Origin: Negaprion brevirostris
Taxonomy: Eukaryota
Direction: 5' to 3'
Length of the DNA stretch: 64,000 nt
NCBI GenBank assembly: GCA_030324005.1
Contig: JARDVH010000031.1
Location: forward strand, 62,544,417-62,608,416
Positions 13,227-26,336 of the stretch are shown one piece after another; the stretch's first letter is position 1, and each line of letters begins with the position of its first letter. Under the pieces are notes generated by a model. That model saw only the letters and a program-made list of their open reading frames with translations. It was not told where the DNA came from and ran no database searches. The position numbers and the translations under genes are program-made.

Positions 13227-14873
13227 CTGAAGATAAACCAAAAATATTAAAAGGATAGTGTTTCAATCCTAAATAAAAAGGTTATTTACAACAAACTGTA
13301 TTGTAATTAACATCAACATGGTTAAAAATGCACACAAGATACAAAGACCAAGTATCAGCTAACTTCTTCCGAATAATATGGCTTTAATTTTTCATTGTTA
13401 ATGAAGCAAAATGAATATAGTATTTTTAAAATATCTGAGAAACCCACGCAATCTTTGGGAGGTTATCTAGATACTACGGTAGAGAAAAGCATCATTTTAT
13501 TTCAATTATTCTGACAGCAAAGGCCAAGGAAGCTAATGCATTCTGACCAAGATGGAATGATAGAGAGAATTCACGGCGGTGCAGAAGACATACACAAGAA
13601 GTGAAATTTAGAGCATGGAGTTCAGACCTCATAACAAATGCAGTTAAATATTTGTTTTATGAAGCAATAGAGTTGATAAATGAATGGTTATTATTTATGG
13701 ATAATGCCTGGAATGGGATTGGGTTTGTTTAAGAGAAGGAAAATAAGTTGAGGGATATTAAACTGAAAAATGCTATTGGGAAGAGTGCAGATTAGAAGCA
13801 AAACAGAGGAACTGTTGCCTTACAGTGAAAGAGGAAACTGTAAATACTAAGCTGGATAAACTGCTCTTTCTTTGGTTTCACACAGCAACAGCAAAGTGAC
13901 ATTCATTAGCATGGCTCTCCTACGTGAAAGACACTTGAATTTAAGCTAAGCTTTGAATGGTTGCAATATATGAAAAAGGCAGCGGCTTATCTCAATGACA
14001 AAGCAACTCTTGCAATATAGATAGCAAATAAAATTTAAGAAAATAAATCAAGACTAAAATCTTCAGATCAGTTAAGTAAAGCTGCACATTACCCTCATCA
14101 ACAACGTTCCAATGACTAAAGAGCCTATTAATCAGAACTTAGTGAACTATACCAAAAGATGTATCTACAAGAATGTGAATACAGAAACAAATATGGTAAA
14201 GGAACCAAAACCATTCTGAAGGACGTTACTGAATGGAACAGCACTTCAATAATTTCTCAGCAATTTTTAAAAAAGTGGTTGTAACCCAAGGTTCAAGCAT
14301 TATTGCTACTGAACTTAAGTCTGTGCATTTATCTCAGACAAATAAACCTGGTGCTCCTCAACCAAATGCTCCTTACTGTGCATTTGCCTCAGAGGTAGAG
14401 ATGGGCAACAATGCACTAAACATCAGAACTAGGTAAAAGTACTATTCATCTGTTGCTGGGCACATTAGAATGAAAAATGACATTGGATAATGCAAAGTTT
14501 GAGCAAAAGATGAAGAAAATCCCAAGGCAGAGAGGTTGGCTAGCTTTCAATTGAGCTGTTGTGCTTCATTGAACAGCAAAACAAAGTTAGAACCACAGAC
14601 ATCATGCTCCTTAAGTAGCAAAGTAGGCATCATCACCACCAATAAAAACTGTCATTGTTCTAATCATCAAATTATGGCACATGTTTTCAGATAGTTAAAT
14701 GCTTGCACTGAATAACTGATTAATGTTAAACAAAAAGGCACTAGAATCAAACGAGTAAATAATACTACTAAATGTTACTTCAGTATATAGAAATTTCCCA
14801 AAATAGCACAGTATGGTGAACAGCTAGCAAATTTATTGTTGAAATGCTATAGAAAAGCAAAGTTTCAGCTTAC

Positions 14874-14969
14874 CTGTACGGCAATGTAAAGACCGGGCAC
14901 GTTGAAGGATTCAAACATGATCTCCGCAGTATATTCTCTATTTTCCGGAGTATTTAATGGTGGTTCAGT
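14874..14969 (-). CDS. ACTR3: ACTR3 exon 5 ([32 protein letters not shown])
   Basis: 96 nt; AG/GT boundaries; actin-fold TEPPLN motif. Confidence 0.97.
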
Positions 14970-15639
14970 CTGTTGAAGAAATCATTCAAGTCATTTAGCA
15001 AATTGCAGCTCATGTATTGTATTTATTTAAATGAGGAGCTCAGAAATTAAAATGTTCAACTGAGCCAAGTGTATCCGTAGATAAATTAATAAAACTTACT
15101 GCCTCTAGACCTACTGCGCACTAGTGAAAATTAATAGTTCAAACAAGGTATTAACTTGATTGAAAAAGGGAAGTAGAGCGCATTTGTTTTATATTTGATC
15201 AAATAATTATAAAACTAATGCCAATTTGATAATTTATCATACAATTAAAATCATTGCTCAATTAATCCATCAGATTTAAAGGATAGTAAAACTAAAGCCA
15301 GCAGATTTTAATTAACAAAAATTCAAGAGATGTTAGATAAATGATTTACGTAAAAACTTGTTAACCTTTATAAAATGAAGTGCTATCAGCACAGGAAAAA
15401 CAGTTGATTGTGATAGCTGGAAAGTCTTTAATTATGTTGTCAGTTTAGTAGTCTCAAATAGAGATGCGACATGGCAGCTCAGACCCATGGAGTGGACACT
15501 TTATTACATGTGGGAATCCCACAACACTTCATACCCTTGGTAACTACATGTACAGGATTAGCAGCTGCAGCTGCTTGAGATATGGCAGATGGTGGAATTT
15601 GAATTCAAAAAAAATTCTGGAATTAAGAATCGACCGATG

Positions 15640-16690
15640 ACCATTATAATACAGGGTGTATTCTATAGGTCACCAACTGGGACAAGATATATAGAGGGGC
15701 AAGTATGCAGAGAAATTACAGAGGTGCAAAATTATAGAGCAGCTAAACNNNNNNNNNNNNNNNNNNNNNNNNNNNNNNNNNNNNNNNNNNNNNNNNNNNN
15801 NNNNNNNNNNNNNNNNNNNNNNNNNNNNNNNNNNNNNNNNNNNNNNNNGATTTATTGGGGAAAGGACAACTTCAATAAGAATGGATCAGACCCAGTGAAA
15901 ATGAAATCAAAGATAGGCAGGCAAAACTGTAACTGAACAATGGGTGCCGTTACAGATCAGACAGATGTTCAGTTCAGTTCTTCTAAACTTCAAGGGGACA
16001 AAGACAAGAGGATATTGGAATGGACAGAAAAGTAGATGAAATTTATTGCAGTGATGCATGAAGTTTTTGGCAGGAAGAATGAAGTGAGACAATATAAAGA
16101 ATGCAATTCTAAAGGAGATGCAGGATGACAAATTGTAGTCCAGTGCACAAATCAAGAAGTTGTGAGGGAAAAAACAAAGTGTCTAGAATCCTGGCTTTAC
16201 AAATAAGGGTGAAGAACACTAAAACAATGAAGATGTGATAAACTTGTACAAAGCACTGGTTCAGCTTTACCTGGAGTTGTGACCCCAATTTTGAGCAGCA
16301 TACTTCAGAAAAGATGTGAAAACATTAAAGAGGGTGCAGAAGAGACTCCTAAGATAGATTTCTGGGATAAGATGCTTCAGTTAAATGGATGCTGTTCTTA
16401 GAGGAAATTTAATTGTGTTCAAAATTTGGAGGGCACCAATTTAAGGTGATTGGTAAAAGCAGTAAAGGCAACTGAAGATAAAAACTTCTTATGCAGTGAG
16501 TTAGTGATAAAATGCACTGAGCGAGTTTCACTTAAGGCCTTCAAAAGCAAACTATATTTATACAAAGAGAAAAGAAATAGTACGGTTGTGGAGAAAGGTG
16601 AGGCAATGGGATTAGGTCTGTTGCTCCTGCACGGAGCTGATATGCTGAATGACCACCTGTGCTGTACCCATTCTTTGATTCATGATTCAA
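15640..16690 (+). mobile_element. Degenerate CR1 (endonuclease, RT C-terminus, tail)
   Basis: GVFYRSP endonuclease motif; ALKRVQ-like remnant and CR1 tail. Confidence 0.7.
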
Positions 16691-17313
16691 TGAAACTGCA
16701 CGCATACAATTTAAAGCACATTACAGCAATTTACTTCAGTGCTTGACTATAAAAGACTGTTTCTCGTGATATCTGTTTTCTATACCTCGATAACAACTTG
16801 GTAAATTATTAAGTTAGAAGACCATCAAGATTATTAAATTTGCCTCATCGCTCTTTAGAAATGTCTATGGACAGACTGCAGGATTCTAACCTCCAGGATA
16901 AACACAATTCAAGATTATTATACATCAAGTCTATTACAAACGAGCTAATTGTTTAATCCAGGAATCATACTTGCAGACCTTCAGGCTTACCTCAGTGTTA
17001 ATATGCAGTTCAAAAACCATCGAGTTTTTTCTATTACGCTAGTGACATTTTCTTCATGACCTTCTCCGTGAGTAAAAGTTTAATAAATAAATGTGAAATT
17101 ATTTCCTATCGCTTTAAATCTGCTTGGCTGAGAACATGCCTTCATGGCCTTCAACCAGTACCAACTGCAACAATGGTCCTTCAACTGAATGAAGAAACAA
17201 GATGCTGTCTCACTTCATTCTTCCTACCAAAAACTTCATATACAGTATCTTGTACCAATTAAGTTTTATATTTGAAGTTACTATTTGCATACAAGGGATA
17301 CAGCATTACTTAC

Positions 17314-17424
17314 CAAAAGGAAGTAATGATCCTCTGGCTCTGCTCGAAGGTATTTAAAAATGACTTGTTCCATAAATCTCTCCATGAGATCCCAGTCTTC
17401 AACTATACCATGGCGAATAGGCCA
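17314..17424 (-). CDS. ACTR3: ACTR3 exon 4 ([37 protein letters not shown])
   Basis: 111 nt; acceptor caaCAG, donor GTAAGT; Arp3 sequence. Confidence 0.97.
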
Positions 17425-17884
17425 CTGTTGCAGAGAATACAATTGCACATCAATTTTCTGTTTTCTCAATAATGAATGCCTCAACTAGGTACTATAGTAA
17501 AGCTCAACTACTATACGTCGATAAAAAGGTTAGGTATCCAAGGGCAAAATTTCAAGTTTAATTAAAGAAATAAACGAGCGAATGTGATCTGTTTCTTTTT
17601 GGAGCAGTCAGCTAAGCGAACCATTACACTAAGATGTGACCCTTTAATGTATTTAAATAAACTGGTTTAAGCAAGCCTAAATGTATTCCACATCTTCTCC
17701 GTAAGTAGCCTTTCTCACTGTATTACTGATTATGCAAATGGGTTGCACCAAATTTAGATGTGAAATGTAATTTTTCTCAACCTAGATATATTCTAGCACT
17801 GCTGCCATTTCAGTCACAAGAGATAAAATTGACCATGATCATCTGTATAATTTCCACAAATGGGCACAATTTTAATATGGCTAA

Positions 17885-18282
17885 CTGCCCGCGTGGAGTT
17901 TGCAAGTTGTCCCCGTGTCTGTGTGGGTTTCCTCCAGGTGCTCCGGTTTTCCTCTCTACTCCAAAGATGCATGGGTTAGGTTGACTGGCCATGATAAATT
18001 GCCTCTTCACGTCAGGGGGGGACTAGCANNNNNNNNNNNNNNNNNNNNNNNNNNNNNNNNNNNNNNNNNNNNNNNNNNNNNNNNNNNNNNNNNNNNNNNN
18101 NNNNNNNNNNNNNNNNNNNNNNNNNNNNGTTAGGTTGACTGGCCATGATAAATTGCCTCTTCACGTCAGGGGGGGACTAGCAGTGTGGATACATGGGGTT
18201 GCAGGGATGGGGCCTGGGTGGGATTGTTGTCAGTGTAGGCTCAATGAGTCATCTGGCTTGTTTGGACTGTAGGACGATATGA
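17885..18282 (+). repeat. HE1/V-SINE-like SINE, 5'-truncated, spanning a gap
   Basis: V-domain and tail. Confidence 0.85.
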
Positions 18283-19245
18283 TTAATATTGGATTGATCA
18301 TGAGACATGACTAATATCAGTGAGATGTGCAGAATACTTCACTTGCAAGTACAGTAATACCATCTAAACGCTCAAAATGTTATCATTCTAATATACCAGT
18401 TATTCTCCCACCAAAATTGTGTTTGTAAAGGATACCATACAAAGAGTCAGGTCCCCTGCTACAGGAAGATAATATAGCAAACCTAGGTTATTTATAATGT
18501 GATTAATAGTAAAGAATGAACAACTGTTATTCCTGGTAAATTACCTGATTTTACAACAAAAGGGAAGATTGCAATGTTGGTTCCGTATTTCTTCTTCATA
18601 CAAGGAATTGGGCAACATGGCCAATTAGGCAATGCTTTCAGCTCTAGAACCCACATTCAAATTCAAACTATTGAGCTAGTCTTGTCCGTAAGTGGCCTAG
18701 GAAAAAATATTTAGGTGTACTTGTTCTAGGTGACTGCATATGGCACCACAGTACAATTTTAGCAATGCTGCTCAAGACTGACTGAAAAGTGGTTGACTTG
18801 GGTAACAAAAAGCAAAAATCCCAAAGAGGTATAGTAAAGTACGCTAATTTGAGATTGGGTCTAGGCAGTGTTTTGAGTTAGAGTAGAGAGAGTTTGATCT
18901 TACATCAAACTGTGCCATAGAAATTGATAACCTACTAAACACCATAAACTGAAGACAAGTGACCAAGAGAATAAAAGAATAAATTGTTAGGCTACAAAAT
19001 GCCCTACCAGAAAATAGAAAGGGAACCCAAACTAGCTTTAAATGGGAAAGGATATAAAGTTTTGAGGTGCATGCTATATTCATGCAAGTCTGTATGTAGA
19101 TACATTTCTGCACACATTGCAAGCCAGATATATTGCTTGCAATCAGATTACTGTAGTTAGTTGAATTGCAATCTGTATTTATTTTCTCAATTGGAATACT
19201 ATACTTATGGCATACATGTGGGCACATGATAGCTATTAAACTTGC

Positions 19246-19370
19246 CTTTGTTGAATAAGTAGGTTTATCTATTGCTTCATCACCTATGAAGAAATCCAAG
19301 TCATCAACCCCTTTCATCACCCTCCTTTGTGCTTGGTCACCAACTTTTGCAGACTCCTTGATGGCAATGC
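19246..19370 (-). CDS. ACTR3: ACTR3 exon 3 ([42 protein letters not shown])
   Basis: 125 nt within ORF 18844..19395; acceptor ccgAAG; donor is non-canonical AAG|GCAAGT. Confidence 0.96.
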
Positions 19371-21484
19371 CTTCGGGTATAGTGGAGAAAAACAATTCAA
19401 TAAATCGTGATTAGTTATGCAAAGGAAAATATACAAAACAATCACAATCATTGTCACTTGCAAAATTCAATGTTTCAATGATATCCACAATTTTAAATTT
19501 ACATTCTGTATAAAGATGCCCCAGATGTATACATAAACCTTGTACTTAAGAAGCCAGAAATATACAGCACTAATTAGAAATCTCCTTGAAAATCTATTCA
19601 AATACAGCTCTGAGCCTGCTTGGAGTGCAGTTTTCAAACTCGCGTACCTGGCATTAATATTCCATTTGGGTCTTTAGAAAGAGAAATGCAGCGCTACTTT
19701 AAAATAAATCATAGAAAAATAAAACTGGTCTGAACCGCAATCAGGATAGTAATGTGTATTACAAGTATTATACTAGCATTGACATGGAGAAAAAATGAAA
19801 ATCTTAGGTTTTGAAAACTATTGCATGTGATGTTAGCAGTCACTAGCATGAACAAAAATTAAATTTGTAAATGCTGGAAAGAAGATTTTTAAACATTAAT
19901 AACCTGCCCTTTTCTCTTTACAGAAGCAGAATGACTTCTTCAAATCAAATGTTATCTTTTAATATTAAGATCATTTCCCACACAAAAGTACTATAATTAT
20001 GGTTTGAAACCATGTTCAACTTTGCTTTTCAATATGGTGAAGGGGAGAAGAAAAACAAAAATTGGTCATAATTATAACTTTTAGACAATTTACAATAAAT
20101 ATCTTGTCCCACTAAAGTTCAAGGTTTTTTTATACAGTAACTGAATAACTAGACGACTCGTCTGACCATTTTTCTTCTTCATTCACATATTTAGGCACTG
20201 ATACTTGAAGTCCATCGGGCCAATGATCATACACCAATATCGTACATCTGAAGTCAACAATTAACTAGTCACAATTATGAATCACATGCTCAAATGAAAC
20301 AGCACAAATTCAACTTCTGAATAACGAAAATGGATTATAATTTCACACTTACATGATTTACATATAGAGCGAAGCCATTTCTATAATAATTCACAAAGTA
20401 CTGCCACAGGGACTGAATACATCTTGAAAAGGATGGTACGTTGCAACATTTATCTATTATGGATGTTTTAGTTGGAATAAATTACGAGGATTTTGCTCCT
20501 GATTAGTTGGAAACCCTCAATACTCGTACATGTAAGCTGAAGATGATGGATTCGATGACTTTAAAAGAACTCTGTTCTCGGGTCATTCACATCGTGCAAG
20601 TCTAATACAAAACCATTGGTCCGTTAGAACGTGCTTAAACTACTTCTCCTGAAGATGATACGCATGGCTCCACAGACTAACATTTATTGCTCAACTTCAC
20701 ATAAATGGGTGCAAGGGATAAATAATAAACGGCGAGTGGGTCCATGGATTATCTCAGGAAATTAACCAATCTCTTTAGGAGGCAGTGAAGCAAGGAAGAA
20801 AAATAAAGGAAAATGAGGAAAAATTAATATTGAAGGAGTTAATCATAAATTGGAAATTCTGAGACTGAAAATAAGTTGACAGAATGCAAGGGCTTTTGGA
20901 TCCATGACACTCTCATATAATCAATATTAATACCTGAGGGTCTATTAATCCCAAGTGAATGGGCAATATTGGCAAATGGATTTTAATGACAAAAAAATCT
21001 AAGGTCATTCACTTCGAGCCTAAAATGGAGCTAACAGGATACTTTCTAAATGGGTAAGGATTAAAAAACAATGGAGATAAAGAGGCGTGGGATCCAGATG
21101 TACAGATCATCAAAATGTCATGAACAGACACAAAAAAGTCAAAAAGTTAAAGGAATGCTTGCTTTCATGTTATGATTTAGCTATACAAAATTCTCATCAG
21201 GCCATATCTGGAATACAGAGCAGTTTTGGGTATCACACTTTACTGGTAGCATAAGTTTCAAGAACAATATCTGGACTCCAAGGGTTAAGTTACAAGGAGG
21301 GATTTCAGAAACTATCTGAAAGGAAAACAAATAGGGGAGATGGATAGAAACTAGGTGGGGAGTCAATGACAGGTGGTGCACTTCCGTAAATATTAGAATC
21401 AGATCTTGCAAGGATATAGTTAGGAAATATTAACACACAAAAGGGTGGCAGAAACTTGAACCCTTCTGCAAACTTGAACTACAG

Positions 21485-22620
21485 ACTATAAGACAGAGGA
21501 GCAGAATTCGGCCCTTTGAGTCTGCTCTACCATTCAATCATGGCTGATATTTTTTCTCATCCCCATTTTTCTGTCTTTTCCCCATAACCCTGATCCCTTT
21601 ATTAATCAAGAACCTATCTCGCTCTCAGACACTCAAATGACCTGACCTCTACAGCCTTCTGTGGCAAAGAGTTCCACAGATTCACTATTCTCTGGCTGAA
21701 GAAATTCCTGCTCATCTGTGTTAAAGGGTCGTCCCTTTAGCCTAAGGTCGTCCCCTTTTGTTCTAGTTTATCCTACTAGTGGAAGTATCCTCCCCACATT
21801 CACTCTATTCAGATCTCACAGTATTCTGTTAGCTTCAATAGTATCCCCCCCCTCATTCTTCTAAACACCAATGAAAACAGACCCAGAGTCCACAACCATG
21901 CCTCATACAAGCTCTTCATTCCAGGGATCATTCTTATGATCCTCCTCTGGACCCTTTCCAAGGCCAGTACATCCTTGCTCAGATAGGGATCCAAAACTGC
22001 TCATAATACTCCAAATGAGGTCTGGCCAGAGCCTTATACAGTCTCAGAAGTACATCCCTACTCTTGTATTCTAGCCCTCTCAACATGAATGATAACACTG
22101 CATTTGCCTCCCTAACTGCTGAATGGGACTGCATGTTAATCTTAAAAGAATCTTGAACAATGACTCCTAAGTTCCTTTGTGTTTCTGATTTTCTAGACTA
22201 TTTCCTAAATGAGCAAATGCTTATGCCTCCATTCCTACTTCCAAGGAGCATAATCTCACTTTTCCACATTATATTCCATCTGCCACTTCTTTAGCCACTC
22301 TCCTAATCTGTCCAAGTCCTTCTGCAATCCCGCTGCTTCCTCAATACTACCTGTCCCTCTACATAACGTTGTATCATCTGCAAACTTAGCAACAGTGCTT
22401 TTAGTTCCTTCCTCCAAATTGTTAATACATATTGTGAAAAGTTGTGGTCCCAGCACTGACCCTTGAGGCACACCACTAGTCACCAGCTGCCATCCTGAGG
22501 ATGACCTCTTTATCCCCACTCTCTGTCTTCTGTCAGTAAGCCAATCCTCTATCCATGCCCTTACCTTACCTTGCCCTTAAGGATCTTATCCTTAACACCA
22601 TGGGCACTTAACTTATTTAA
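21485..22620 (-). mobile_element. CR1/HER1-type LINE, RT and 3' end; a 5' continuation lies at about 23490-23545
   Basis: VTSGVPQGSVLGPQLFTI..KFADDT..LQKDLDRL and ALERVQRR motifs; CR1-type 3' tail at about 21485. Confidence 0.92.
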
Positions 22621-22637
22621 TAGTCTCTGATCAGCTC

Positions 22638-23388
22638 TAGACGTTAATAAAAGTGTCTAACAATTCTTCAGGCGTCTGGATCATTTTGTCAAACTTGGCT
22701 CTTTATAATACCTTCTTCCCCTTCTCCTCCCATAAATTGAAATAATTATCAAAGGCTTTTAAAACTTCGCCGAATTTGTCTGATGCTTCATTTATATCTT
22801 GTCTTACTATCACATCATCAGCAATTTATCCAATAGAATATAATGATGTATTGACTTGTTCAGCCTCTGACTTATTGTTCAATCCAGATGCAATTCTGAA
22901 TCTTAAAACCCTCTTTCTCCGTAACACCAAATTCGATATTTGATTTGGCCCTTCCATACGCCCATATTGACCTTTCAACGTGAATCCATAATTATTCTAG
23001 GCTTTTAGGAGATTTACTTTGATTTTTCGATCTTCCATTGTGGTAATAGAGTTTTCCTGAACTGATCAGTTTTTTGCTGATAACCTCTGAAGTCGCTGAC
23101 CCTCTCGGTAATGTTTCCTTAACTTTACAGAATGTTTAAATCATTTCCTTCTATTTAATGCTCTCCTCTTGCTGGGAAATAATTTTAAGCAGCCTATTTG
23201 TTTTTTTCAATTTCTGCCTCGGGCCAGATGTAATGGGCCTGAGATTTCACTCTTCAGGTGCAAGCTGTCAACTATGTATTTGCTACAATGGAATTTGTCT
23301 AGTGCTGCCTCTTTAGTGAACAAGTTCACTCGTCCCATATCTGAGACCAGATTATATGTTGGTTGTAACAAGTTAAAAAATGATTGCA
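22638..23388 (-). mobile_element. Degenerate Ty3/Gypsy LTR retrotransposon fragment: PBS plus gag 5' half
   Basis: From ATG 23038: ..RFRIASGLNNKSEAEQVNTSLYSIG*IADDV..FDNYF..RAKFDKMIQTPEELLDTFI, a gag pattern with stops; PBS-like TGGTCTCAGATATGGGAC at 23349-23332. Confidence 0.75.
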
Positions 23389-25192
23389 NNNNNNNNNNNN
23401 NNNNNNNNNNNNNNNNNNNNNNNNNNNNNNNNNNNNNNNNNNNNNNNNNNNNNNNNNNNNNNNNNNNNNNNNNNNNNNNNNNNNNNNNACCACCTCAAAG
23501 AACTCTAAGATTTGTCAGACATGACCTCCCATTGACAAAGCCTCCTCATCTCTGGTGGTAGATCAGCTGTAAATTTAAAATGGAGGTTCATGGATTTTTG
23601 TTAACCCAAGATAGACATATGGGAAAAAAGGTATTAGTTATGGAGTTACTGATCCCCAGGCTTAAACCTATTTTCCTATTCAGATAAGTGGACTCTGCAG
23701 CAGAGAAATGATAACAAGCGTGCAATATTCTACATGTGGTTTAAGCGATTGTGATTATCGTTTTGGCTGTGCACCAAATCTGTTGACTGATGGTGGTCTG
23801 TTAGGGCTGCACTGCAAAAATATAATTCTAGCCCCAAATGAGCAAAGTTGTGCCCAAAGACCGTCTATGAGCAGAAAAAATACTGACTGCTTACATTTGC
23901 CATAAAGTGCACTACTACTTTTAGGAGAGCCTTTGAAAGCCACTCAAGACTGTTCTCCACCATCAGCAACAGGGCTGTAATATAAAGAGGGCATCAGAAC
24001 CACCTCCCAGTAAATCCCTTCAGTTATTTGCGATTAAGCACTGAAAAATGAATGCTTAGAAAAACACAACACCAATGGAAAATTATCAAAGGTTACAAAT
24101 TAGGAGTGAATAATTTCTTCNNNNNNNNNNAAATAGACAAACAAATATAGATAACTTAAGGTTTAAATATATGATACATTGGTCTTCTTTCGCAGTGGAT
24201 ATTTAAAAGTTAAGACATCATGTTTGACTTGAACTCTGACACACCTACAAAGTAACATAGCAACCTAGCCCCACCCATCTAAAGAATTCAAAGAATAATT
24301 TTAACTAAATGCACATATTGCAACAAGTGCAACATTGGTTTCCAGTCCAGGTCTTCCCTTCTACTTTTCAATTTTGGTGAGCAGCAAATTAAGTTCATCA
24401 GCCCATGGATTATTTGACATCAGCAAAGGAGAAAGAATATATTTAATTAAGTCAGGGAGCACTGGCACTCTACCTCTCAGATGGCTGGATTTAAAGCTCT
24501 GAACGATGAACATAATACAAAAGTGTAACTGCAACCACTCTGGACTTAGCAAAGATTCATCTCATTGCAATTTTGATACAGTCATGTTAATTAGATTACA
24601 TTGTTCCTTTCCTGAAGAGTACAAAAGCAACCACTGAAGTCTGCCTTCATCTAATTGCAATATTTTAATTACTTTTTTCTTCAAAAATAGAGAGTGGCAG
24701 CAAGTTAGCAAAACCAAGGTTTAAACTTGAGAACACAAGAGGTTAGAAAAGGCAGGCTCCATCATTGTAGGTAGAAGAAAAGAGTACAAAATGGACCGGA
24801 AGTGAATGGGAAAGGTGGCAATGTCAGGATAAATAATTTTAAAAATGTAGCAGTAGTTTTGGGATATCACAGAAATACTGTTAAATCAGTTTTATTAAAA
24901 TAATTATCACTGTCATGACACGTGCTGGAAATTAAACTGGTCAGCACAGGACAATTCCACCTGAAGCAACCGACAGTCTAAGAGTCAACTTTCATTATAT
25001 ACAGCAGTTATAAATGAAAGCAGCTTCATTTCTATTCACATTACAGGCCTAAATTGTGTGCAAATTTTGAGAGGTATTTGTTTCAAGGTGATTTAAGCTC
25101 AGTGCTCTGACAGAAAAGGTATTCAGTAAAGTTTAAAAATGTTCAAAAAAAAAAACTAAGCAGCAGCTATTTCCAATTAAAAAAAGTATAAT

Positions 25193-25495
25193 TCATAGAA
25201 TCCCTAGACCATAGGAGACCATTCATCCCATTGAATCTGCACCAACCTCAATCTCACCCAGGCCCTATTGCCGCAACCCCACTTATTATTTTCCCTGCTC
25301 ATCCCCCAACACTAGGGTCAATTTAGTACGGCTAATCAACCTAACCTGCACATCTTTGGACTGTGGGAGGAAACTGGAGCACCCAGAGGAAACCCACGCA
25401 GACATGGGACAATGTACAAAGTCCACAGAGACAGTAACCTGAGGCTGGAATTGAACCTAGGTCCCTGGCGCTGAGGCGCAGCAGGGCTAACCACC
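25193..25495 (-). repeat. HE1/V-SINE-like SINE
   Basis: Same structure as 2935-3260. Confidence 0.88.
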
Positions 25496-26135
25496 ATATA
25501 ATTACCAGACATTTGGTAATGAAAAAATTAAGTTTACTGGTTAGTTTTGCATTAGGTAAACCTTAATTATTAGTTTTCTGTCATGATAGACATCGAGCCA
25601 AATGAAGATATTGCATGAAGCTTGCTAAAGCTACATCATAAATGACAAATAATTCCAACTTATCACCCAACACCTTCATTTACACAGTCTGCGCCACTCA
25701 GCGAGAAAATGCAGTAATGTCATATTTCTATCATGTTACATCATGATTGTACCAAATACCTGAACACAATTGAAGTCAATGGTATAATACCAAGAGTGTT
25801 GCACAGGAGATATCATCCTCCAGATGAATTGTTAAATAAAGGCTGTGTTTTCTTGTTATGGTAGATGCGCAATTTTCTCCTTGCCAATACTCCTGCCTCA
25901 ATGAGAAGGTCAATGAAAATAGATTTAGCTTGTTATTCATTTTGTTACGTTTTTGTGGAGTCTTGCTGCAAGCCAAAACTTACAATACTGGCTGCAGAAC
26001 AAAATAATATATTGGGCACAAAATATCCTGTTATTTTGCTATGTTAATCCAAGTTTCTTCCTAACTATTGTTCAAGCACCTCAGGCATAACCATTTATGC
26101 ATGTAATTTCCAGGTTGTATCACCAATCTCAGTTA

Positions 26136-26336
26136 ACAGTAAATAGTCTCACAACACCAGGTTAAATTGGTAACATGAGCTTTCGGAGCGTTGGCCCTTC
26201 ATCGGGTGAGATTCACCTGACGAAGGGGCAACGCTCCGAAAGCTCATGCTTCCAAATAAACATGTTGGGCTTTAATCTGGCGTTGAGAGACTATTTACTG
26301 TGCCTACCCCAGTTCAACACCAGCAACTCCACATCA
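26136..26336. mobile_element. Palindromic Penelope-like-element-derived repeat with hammerhead ribozyme motifs
   Basis: Arms 26136-26209 and 26213-26301 are reverse complements; CTGACGA-AGGGGCAACGCTCC-GAAAGCTC at 26217-26245. Confidence 0.75.

Noticed and set aside
17975-18182. Exact 54-bp direct repeat on either side of an N-gap
   Set aside because: Identical flanks across a 100-N gap indicate an unmerged contig overlap (assembly artefact)
18844-19395. 183-aa ORF as a stand-alone gene
   Set aside because: It is ACTR3 exon 3 plus intronic read-through
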